Positions 57,265 to 64,000 of a DNA stretch of 64,000 nucleotides are shown piece by piece. Under the pieces are notes generated by a model, which was not told the origin of the DNA, ran no database searches, and saw only the letters and a program-made list of their open reading frames with translations. The position numbers were made by a program, and so were the translations under genes. Origin of the DNA: Deltaproteobacteria bacterium (lineage in GTDB: Bacteria > JAGRBM01 > JAHCIT01); assembly GCA_026129095.1 (NCBI GenBank), contig JAHCIT010000005.1, positions 1 through 64,000 on the forward strand, written 5' to 3'. Numbering within the stretch: position 1 is the stretch's first letter; each line of letters begins with the position of its first letter.

Positions 57265-57524
57265 ACCCGCCCCGCCTCATATCAGCCTTATGCCCCCACA
57301 GGGCGCACATGACTTTGCTTTTTTGTCCGGAAACCTACGAACTTCTACGAACTGGCGCGGCGATTTCCCCGTAACTGGAGAGGGTTAAAGGGCCGGACTC
57401 TTAATCAGCGGGTCGCCGGTTCGAGCCCGGCATCTCCCACCACACCTTCCCCCGGCAGTTAAACCCCTCATATCCCTGTCAGATTGCAGGTTTGGGTCCA
57501 TCTCGGCCGGGTCAGGTCGAAACC
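57265..57524 (+). repeat. att-like repeat copy 3 with tRNA-Lys(CTT) 3' half (57396-57442)
   Basis: Identical 47-bp core; flanks close to copy 2; similarity fades ~80 bp after the CCA. Confidence 0.92.
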
Positions 57525-57543
57525 TGCCACCCGGGAGTTCTAA

Positions 57544-58521
57544 TCAGCCCCCAATTCCCGACATGGGAAATGCCTGTGTCCCCTGCTCGCCGCATTCGGG
57601 GTGAAAGGACCGCTTGCCAGCGATGATCTGCCGCAGTTTTCCTTCTGCCGCCGCTTCATCCTGTTCCCACTCCTGAAGCAGCGAGAGAATATCCACGCCG
57701 TCCGGTTCATACAGGCATCCCCTCAAACGGCCGTCGGCGGTCAGCCGGATACGGTTGCAGCGATCACAGAACGGCTCGGTTTCAGATGCAATGAAACCAA
57801 TTCTGCCGGCGCCGTTGGCAATCCTGAATTCGCGGGCTGGCCCAGAAGCATCCTCTCCAACGCATGGGATCAGATCAAACTCCCGTGCAATAATACGTCG
57901 TGCATGGTCAGCAGAAACGAACCTTGAATGCACGAATTCCGGCGCCGGACCGGTGTTCATCAGCTCGATGAACCGGACGGTGATGTTCCGGCTGACCGAA
58001 AAATTGCAGAAATCGACAAGTTCATCGTCGTTGATGCCCGCCATCAGGACCGTATTCACCTTCACCGGGGAAAGTCCCGCCTGTACGGCGGTATCGATAC
58101 CGGCGATGACTGCATCCAGCCGGTCCCTGCCGGTGATCTTCAGGAAGCGGTCCGGGCGAAGCGTGTCCAGGTGGATATTTATGCGATCAAGCCCGGCCTG
58201 ACGGAGCCGGTGCGCCTGCCTGGCCAGCCATTCTCCGTTCGTCGTCAGAGCGATATCCCTGATTTCCCGGTTCACACGGATCTGGCTGATAATCCCGGCA
58301 CAATCGGGACGGGAAAGCGGTTCGCCGCCCGTAAGGCGAACGCGGTTCACCCCGATCCGCGACAACATCCAGACAAGCCGGCTGATTGTCCTGGCCGGCA
58401 GGACCGGCAGCGACGGGGTTCCAGCCAGCCCTTCCGGCTGGCAGTATGCACATTTGAACGGGCACACCGGCGTTATTGACAGCCGCAAGCTGATGTCGCG
58501 TGTTGTCACCCCAGCCGTCAA
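57544..58521 (-). CDS. moaA: GTP 3',8-cyclase (molybdenum cofactor biosynthesis)
   Basis: LRLS..CPFKCAYC, RLTGGEP, TTNG, RFIELM, CDRCNRIRLTADG.L..C, terminal MSGIGG; start uncertain. Confidence 0.92.
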   Translation of the reverse strand: MTAGVTTRDISLRLSITPVCPFKCAYCQPEGLAGTPSLPVLPARTISRLVWMLSRIGVNRVRLTGGEPLSRPDCAGIISQIRVNREIRDIALTTNGEWLARQAHRLRQAGLDRINIHLDTLRPDRFLKITGRDRLDAVIAGIDTAVQAGLSPVKVNTVLMAGINDDELVDFCNFSVSRNITVRFIELMNTGPAPEFVHSRFVSADHARRIIAREFDLIPCVGEDASGPAREFRIANGAGRIGFIASETEPFCDRCNRIRLTADGRLRGCLYEPDGVDILSLLQEWEQDEAAAEGKLRQIIAGKRSFHPECGEQGTQAFPMSGIGG

Positions 58522-58552
58522 ATGGCACCCGCTCTTCTGTCCTTCCGGGATT

Positions 58553-58711
58553 TTACGAACTCCCGCTTTCGTCGTTGCCACGCAGGGAATCCCGCAACGA
58601 CCTGATTCCCCGGCCAATGGAGCTTCCCAGCGCAGGCAGCTTGCTGCCCCCAAACAGGAAGAGAAGCATGACCAGGAGAACGATCAGTTCTGTCGTGCCT
58701 ATTCCCAGCAT
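58553..58711 (-). CDS. tatA: Twin-arginine translocase TatA/E subunit
   Basis: MLGIGTTELIV..LLFLFGGSKLP.LG.SIGRGIR. Confidence 0.88.
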   Translation of the reverse strand: MLGIGTTELIVLLVMLLFLFGGSKLPALGSSIGRGIRSLRDSLRGNDESGSS

Positions 58712-60384
58712 GAAACACCTCGCCTGGCCCGGGAACGTGCCCAACGCCTGCGGATCACAAAGGCTGGTACAAGTGCAACCAGCAACAGCACGGTCCCGGA
58801 ATCGGCAGCAACCCCCATGCCGCATCCACTTCCATTCTTTCCGGATGGTGCGCCTTTCAGCGCATCCGGGGATTCCAGATTGAACGAATGCCATCCAGAT
58901 ACGAGTTTCTGGCCGTTCCGGTCGCCCTCCCGGCCATCCCACACGGCAACAGCGATCCGCAAGGCATCAGCGGCTTCGCGGGTAAACTGGACATCACCTG
59001 CACCAGCGGTCCGGAGCCGCCGCCTGAAGACAACCCGCCACTTTCCATCGGCCCAGATACCCCGCCCCTCGACGTCCTGATCGGATTCCATCTGTGAGGT
59101 CAGACTTCCCTGGCCAGCCGAATTGAGATCTTCGACCGGGCTCCTCCGCGTACGGCTTGCCATTGGATTGTTTGCCGCCCAGCCCGTGAGGAAAACCTTC
59201 TGTTCCGTGGCTTCCCGTGGATACTGGTCGATCGCGTTCCCCGAGTACTGGCTGGCTATATCCCCAAAGCGGGCCGCATCCTGCTGCCAGTCGGCGCGCC
59301 AGTGCCAGATATTGACCAGCTTGCTCTTCTCACCCATCCCGTAAAACGGCGCGCTGCTGTCAGCAGATACCGGTAAAACCGGAAACTGGAGCGCTACCGA
59401 GTCGCGGAAATCCTCGGTCCTGAGCACGGACCGGTCGGCCAGTTCATCAGGCCATTCGACCAGGAAGCCGATCTCTCTGCCATTGGTAAGGCCGCGGACA
59501 ATCACATAGTCAGGCGCCCGGTCACGCTCCCACAGGGGCCGCACCGGAACCGGTACACCCGGAGCGAGGTGCCAGACAGGATCGGCTGGATCGACAGGAA
59601 CTTCACCACTGATTCCATTCACCGGTACGAGGCCGTCACCGGGGCGTACCAGGTGAGCTGGCTTGATGGCCAATGACTGGACGTAATGTACCAGATCCCA
59701 GGTATCCCGCTCACTCAGGCCGTAGCCCGCCATCGGGGTTCCTTCCAGACCCACCATGATTGCCCGGTAGATATCTGCAGGCTGCTTGCCTCCCCGGATA
59801 CGGTCTCCAAACGAAAAATTCCTTGGACGGGCAGGATAGCCATCATCCCCCTTCAGGCCCATTGCAGACTGTCCATCGCCTCTACCCGAAACCCCGTGGC
59901 AGGTATCGCAGGCGTTGACCTTGTACAGTTTCTTCCCGCGTTCAAGGCTTTCCTGATCCACTGGAGGCTGAGGACCAATGGCGATTGGCTCTCCCGGTTC
60001 TTCCTCCTGAAACCGGGTGGAAAATGACTTGACGTGCTGGAGAAGTCCCTTGAGCTCGGCATCGGTAAGCATGTCCCAGTTGGGCATGGATGTTCCGGGA
60101 ATGCCTGCCTTGAGAACTCTCAGCAGATCCTGATCTGTCGGGAGCGAACCTATGGAAGTGGATTTGAACTTGTAAACCCCCTGCGTAAAGTCACGCGGTT
60201 TGGGGCTGAGCAGATAAGCGGCTGTTCCTTTGCCGTCACCATTTACTCCATGGCACACGGAGCACTTCGAAGCGAACAGTTCAGCAGCCGGAGCCGTTTG
60301 CGCCACGGCGTGGCTGGTGGAGATCACAATTACAACAGGCAGTAACCAGTAGAACCAGCGGGACATCATCGCAGCCTCCATCAA
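58699..60384 (-). CDS. Di-heme c cytochrome fused to an ethylbenzene-dehydrogenase-type heme b domain; candidate Nxr gamma subunit
   Basis: Signal peptide; CSVCH..PRDF..MP; CDTCH..PRNF; D..A.QFP..MG...VNIWHWRAD..W.VVF.R..A.AVWDG..R..QK; C-terminal GC-TM-RRR. Confidence 0.85.
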   Translation of the reverse strand: MMEAAMMSRWFYWLLPVVIVISTSHAVAQTAPAAELFASKCSVCHGVNGDGKGTAAYLLSPKPRDFTQGVYKFKSTSIGSLPTDQDLLRVLKAGIPGTSMPNWDMLTDAELKGLLQHVKSFSTRFQEEEPGEPIAIGPQPPVDQESLERGKKLYKVNACDTCHGVSGRGDGQSAMGLKGDDGYPARPRNFSFGDRIRGGKQPADIYRAIMVGLEGTPMAGYGLSERDTWDLVHYVQSLAIKPAHLVRPGDGLVPVNGISGEVPVDPADPVWHLAPGVPVPVRPLWERDRAPDYVIVRGLTNGREIGFLVEWPDELADRSVLRTEDFRDSVALQFPVLPVSADSSAPFYGMGEKSKLVNIWHWRADWQQDAARFGDIASQYSGNAIDQYPREATEQKVFLTGWAANNPMASRTRRSPVEDLNSAGQGSLTSQMESDQDVEGRGIWADGKWRVVFRRRLRTAGAGDVQFTREAADALRIAVAVWDGREGDRNGQKLVSGWHSFNLESPDALKGAPSGKNGSGCGMGVAADSGTVLLLVALVPAFVIRRRWARSRARRGVSCWE

Positions 60385-61142
60385 AAAAGCTCGTAATCCT
60401 GATCTGTTGCCGGTGCGGCACCGCAGCCGAAAACGTCAGGGGCGTGTTCCTCGGCAATTCTTTCTGTGGGGGGCGGGGCGAGATCCGGGGATATGCCCTG
60501 GATCCCGAGAAGTTCTATTTCCCGGTTTACAGCCAGTTTTCCCAGGCTTGCGGCGGCGAGATAACACTCGCCAGCGGCGCTTTTCCCGATACGATCAAAA
60601 ACAACAGGCACCCAGCGTCCGGCATGCTCCTCGACAAAACGCCGGCGAGCCTCTTCACAGATCAGGGCATCTTCCAGCCGTCCATCATCCCGCGCCAACG
60701 CCTCCTTGTGATTGAGAAGCGCCAGAAATTCGAGTTCAGGCCCCAGATGATCGGGGCGTTCGGCAAATTCTGATGACGGTTTGGCACCGAACGCCAGGTA
60801 GAAGCCGGCGATGTCGGCGAGTGTCTGGGACTGGGAAAAAGTGCTGGCGCCAAGATAGGACGTCTCGTAGGGCGACAGCGCACCTGCGGGAACATGCCCG
60901 AATGTCCGGGGATAGAGTCCCCGCAGGTTATCCGCCGCCGCCTGGCGTCTGATCTCGGCAACAAGTGCCTGCCCGTTTGCTATCGGATTCCCCATCATCC
61001 CAAGCAGGTCGGAAACGACCTCGCATTCGGAACAGATGGCTGCCGTATCCGGCCCGTCGGAAGAATCCATGAAGACAAGCGCAAGTAATCCGAATAGCCG
61101 GCTGTGTGTCACGAGATCGAGTAGTTTGCTGTCGTCGTCCAT
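60381..61142 (-). CDS. TorD/DmsD-family molybdoenzyme chaperone
   Basis: SPYETSY, LADIAGFY.AFG, ERPDHL..ELEF, F..EH..RW. Confidence 0.88.
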   Translation of the reverse strand: MDDDSKLLDLVTHSRLFGLLALVFMDSSDGPDTAAICSECEVVSDLLGMMGNPIANGQALVAEIRRQAAADNLRGLYPRTFGHVPAGALSPYETSYLGASTFSQSQTLADIAGFYLAFGAKPSSEFAERPDHLGPELEFLALLNHKEALARDDGRLEDALICEEARRRFVEEHAGRWVPVVFDRIGKSAAGECYLAAASLGKLAVNREIELLGIQGISPDLAPPPTERIAEEHAPDVFGCGAAPATDQDYELF

Positions 61143-61160
61143 ATACACTCCGGTAGCCGC

Positions 61161-62438
61161 TCAGATTGAGTTGTAATGCTGCTTCGGTCGCATATGGAAC
61201 GGCTCCTCGACTGTCGTGCGGACGATTTCCTTTCCGGTAGGTCCGTATCCAACAACAGTGTCGTTATACAGGGCGAAGGGCTTTCCACGGACGGTTGTTT
61301 CAAACGCCGGTTTCGCTGCCTTTTCAATTTTGTACTTGAAGATGATTTCCTGGCTTGCCCGGAACAGCTGCATGACGGCCAGCAATTCCCTCGACGGCCG
61401 TTCATAGGCATCTATCGCACCATCAACACCGGGACCGAACATCTGTCTCAGGTATGGACGGGATACCCAGCGTGGAGGGATGTAAAACCCGTTCGGCTGG
61501 GTGCCAAACTGCGGATATAGCGGCAGGGCCACCTTGGCGACTTTGACCATGTAATAAAGCGGATTGTCGGGTTCTTCAGCCCAGTCCCCCGTCTTGGGAT
61601 CTATCCGCACCAGTCCCTGCATGCGAATCTTGCCGACGCACGCCGTCATACACCTTGTTTCCATTGGCATCCCGTTGCAGAGCGGGTCCTTCCCCTCAAT
61701 TCTGGGATAACAACCAATGCATTTTTCGGAGACGCGAGTGGTCGAGCGGTACATCGACTTTTTATACGGACAGGCCTCGACGCATTTTCGATACCCGCGG
61801 CACCGCTCCTGATCGATCAGGACGATGCCGTCCTCCTTGCGCTTGTAAATCGCATTCCGCGGACAGGCGGCCAGGCATGCCGGATAGGTGCAGTGATTGC
61901 AGATTCTCTGCAGATAGAAAAACCAGCTTCCATGCTCGGGAAGGTCGGCTCCGGATTTGGCCAGACCGAACGGACCAGTCTGGTATTTCGTCGAAGCGTC
62001 TTCGCCCATATTGGGGAAACGCCAGTCGTCGTCTTTCGGCAGATATCCCAGCACACGGCCGCCACCATTGCCTGAGCCACCGGTCTTTTCGGCTGCCTCG
62101 AAGATTGTATCCCCCTTGAACACGCCATACGCGGCATCCTTGCCGCCACCTTCTCCGCTCCATGTTTGCCCGCCGGGGTTCTGTTCTTCGAGCATCTGGA
62201 GGATGCGAATATCCCATCCATGCGGGTAACCGCCGTACGGCTTGGTCTCGACATTATTCCACCACATGTATTCCTGCCCCCGCGAGAACGTCCATGTGGA
62301 CTTGCACGCCATGGTGCAGGTCTGACAGCCAATACAGCGGTTGATGTTGAATACGAAGGCAAACTGCGCGTCCGGATGCGCTTCCTCATGCGGGTAGCTC
62401 ATCTCTCGGCCGATCTGCCAGTTTTGCACTTTAGGCAT
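61161..62438 (-). CDS. nxrB: Nitrite oxidoreductase/nitrate reductase beta subunit, Nitrospira/anammox type
   Basis: NWQIGR..YP; FVFNINRCIGCQTCTMACKSTW; WWNNVETKPYGGYP; RICNHCTYPAC; CRGYRKC; LPLYPQFGT.PN. Confidence 0.9.
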   Translation of the reverse strand: MPKVQNWQIGREMSYPHEEAHPDAQFAFVFNINRCIGCQTCTMACKSTWTFSRGQEYMWWNNVETKPYGGYPHGWDIRILQMLEEQNPGGQTWSGEGGGKDAAYGVFKGDTIFEAAEKTGGSGNGGGRVLGYLPKDDDWRFPNMGEDASTKYQTGPFGLAKSGADLPEHGSWFFYLQRICNHCTYPACLAACPRNAIYKRKEDGIVLIDQERCRGYRKCVEACPYKKSMYRSTTRVSEKCIGCYPRIEGKDPLCNGMPMETRCMTACVGKIRMQGLVRIDPKTGDWAEEPDNPLYYMVKVAKVALPLYPQFGTQPNGFYIPPRWVSRPYLRQMFGPGVDGAIDAYERPSRELLAVMQLFRASQEIIFKYKIEKAAKPAFETTVRGKPFALYNDTVVGYGPTGKEIVRTTVEEPFHMRPKQHYNSI

Positions 62439-62468
62439 CGCTACTCTCCTTGGAGGATGACAAACTTG

Positions 62469-62717
62469 TCAGCTGGACAGTCCGCCACCGCGGACCTGCC
62501 CGATCACGTCGATCACAAACTGCTCTCCGTACTGCTGGAAAATGCGGTTGACACCGAGATAAAAGGGATCGCGGAAAAGCATGAGAAGCTCCTCGTCCGA
62601 ATATCCCATCATCATGTATTCCTCGACGAAACATTCCGTCATTTTCCGGTCATCTCCGGGCACCAGCATGCCGACCATCTCGAACGGGTCTTCGACATCG
62701 GGTTCATTCTTTGGCAT
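62469..62717 (-). CDS. Small acidic protein between nxrA and nxrB
   Basis: 82 aa, co-oriented and tightly packed; EDPFEMVG..MTECFVEEY..LFRDPFY. Confidence 0.75.
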   Translation of the reverse strand: MPKNEPDVEDPFEMVGMLVPGDDRKMTECFVEEYMMMGYSDEELLMLFRDPFYLGVNRIFQQYGEQFVIDVIGQVRGGGLSS

Positions 62718-62723
62718 TTTCTT

Positions 62724-64000
62724 TCAACCTTTCCGGGTGAGCTCGCCAGCCAGATAGCGTTGCATCCATCCGGACTCGTTTCCGGGCATCATCCCGCGCC
62801 TGGTGGGCGCAAACAGCCCTACTCCACCCAAGCCCCCATCTTCGGCCTTGGATACCTTGACCAGTGTCTCTTTCGGAACGGTGTTGACCGCGTGGTTGTC
62901 GGCTTCGCCGCCAAACAGGTAGCTCATGTACACTTTGGCCTTGTGGAACAGGCTGTCGAGCTGATGCATCGGCATCAGCCAGCCCCGTGTGATCGACTGG
63001 TGGGATCCGTACCGGTAGTTCGACTGGTATCCCGTATCGAGTGACTGGGCCCGCCCGTCTGGGCGCGTTTCGGCCGCTTTCACGGTACGCTCGGTTGCCA
63101 TCCATGCACCGTGCTTGATCATCACTATTCCATACGGATAGGCAGGGTTGTATCTCGCCCGCAGCATCAGCCGGGAAACCCGGTAGAACGGGTCATCGGG
63201 TTTCCAACCGGTATACGGCCGGTCGGCGGGATTAGCGTCCACATACACGTAGTCCCCATCCTCAATGCCCATTTCCCTGGCTGCCTGCGGATTGATATGA
63301 ACCTGATGTTCACCAACGCCAGCGGCACGTTTGTCCAGCCGGTAGGGGTCACCAAAATCGTTGTTCCAGATGAAATGCCAGTCCGTCGTAAACCAGGAAG
63401 AATGGGTGGAATGCCGGGACTTCGGCGTAAGGCAGATAAACTTGTAGCCTTTCTCCCATAACGGGTTCTTTGTCTTTTTGACTTCCTTCCATGGCAGCCT
63501 GATGTTGCGGATCTGCCGCTCATCCGCACCCATGTGGCCGGGAGGAATCCCGTAATCCTCCGGACGAATAAAGGGATTCGAGCTGACAATAACGTTTGGC
63601 AGGTAGGGGGTCGCTTCCGGACCTTCCCTGTGAACAATGAAGTTCTCGCCGTATTCGATCACCTCGGGCTCATCGTTGTATGCCTGGAGACGGCCCGTTG
63701 GTGTGTAGAATGGCTGTGGATCGTGAATCTGCTCATAGAATGCCACTCTCGGATAGGTCCGGAAATTAAGAAGGGCGACGCCGGACTCCCCGTACTTGCC
63801 GGACATGATATCGGCGAGCTTGTAACCGCGTGTCGTGGTGGAAGAGTCGAGCAGACGCTGGATATAGGCATCCGTGGAACCTTCCAGAACGAACTTCCAC
63901 ATGTCCGCAAACCGCGACTCTCCAACGAGATCTCCTATCTTCTTCGACATCTCCGCCAGGATTCGCGCATCGTCGCGGGTGTCATAAACCGGAGCCAGCC
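62724..64000 (-). CDS. nxrA: Nitrite oxidoreductase/nitrate reductase alpha subunit (Mo-bisPGD), C-terminal part; runs off the window
   Basis: FRTYPR, GENFIVHREGPEATPYLPN, TPKSRHSTHS, FGDPYR.DKR, YVDANPADRPY, RYGSHQSITR, NTVPKETLVK. Confidence 0.9.
   Translation of the reverse strand, partial: LAPVYDTRDDARILAEMSKKIGDLVGESRFADMWKFVLEGSTDAYIQRLLDSSTTTRGYKLADIMSGKYGESGVALLNFRTYPRVAFYEQIHDPQPFYTPTGRLQAYNDEPEVIEYGENFIVHREGPEATPYLPNVIVSSNPFIRPEDYGIPPGHMGADERQIRNIRLPWKEVKKTKNPLWEKGYKFICLTPKSRHSTHSSWFTTDWHFIWNNDFGDPYRLDKRAAGVGEHQVHINPQAAREMGIEDGDYVYVDANPADRPYTGWKPDDPFYRVSRLMLRARYNPAYPYGIVMIKHGAWMATERTVKAAETRPDGRAQSLDTGYQSNYRYGSHQSITRGWLMPMHQLDSLFHKAKVYMSYLFGGEADNHAVNTVPKETLVKVSKAEDGGLGGVGLFAPTRRGMMPGNESGWMQRYLAGELTRKG

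Noticed and set aside
36617-57442. Three tRNA-Lys(CTT) genes
   Set aside because: Only 3' halves; no GGGAGAT-like acceptor 5' strand or D-arm at the expected distance.
36485-57524. CRISPR array or integron attC array
   Set aside because: Repeats are ~300 bp, kilobases apart and tRNA-derived; no cas or intI genes and no attC-type ends recognised.

Overview
A 64-kb, mostly accessory, GC-rich bacterial region built of several layers. An AgmX/PglI-type domain and a MYXO-CTERM-like tail hint at a Myxococcota/deltaproteobacterial-type host (inference only). (1) 0.1-15.4 kb: a 12-gene lipid-modifying/catabolic cluster with three ExxH di-iron-like proteins, two ABC1/UbiB kinases (one with a LysW-like Zn ribbon), Coq4, SDR, patatin, MBL hydrolase, PaaI thioesterase, ALDH and an EthA/AlmA-type flavin monooxygenase. 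Its last ~10 kb lies between two inverted IS21 right ends. (2) 15.4-20.1 kb: nested IS21/IS3 remnants, a pseudogene, and an xis-int module ending in an attP-like site built on a tRNA(CAT) 3' half. (3) 20.2-29.2 kb: a copper-resistance cluster (CopA, a Cys/His leader-like ORF, CusCBA-type RND). (4) 29.2-36.4 kb: Rhs remnants, an intact IS3, an integrase fragment, an isolated ParB-MTase/terS/terL trio and a nucleotidyltransferase TA-like pair. (5) 36.5-57.5 kb: three copies of a ~260-305 bp repeat carrying an identical 47-bp tRNA-Lys(CTT) 3' half. They delimit two integrase-less cargo blocks: ArdC-like/Fic/HAD (3.8 kb) and a 16-kb self-contained phosphorelay/c-di-GMP/sigma-54 module with four sigma-54 promoter motifs. 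(6) 57.5-64 kb: a Nitrospira/anammox-type Nxr/Nar-like operon (nxrA partial, small ORF, nxrB, TorD-type chaperone, di-heme c + heme-b-domain subunit with a MYXO-CTERM-like tail, tatA, moaA). No complete RNA gene or CRISPR array was seen. All protein calls rest on motifs recognised by eye; no database search was run.
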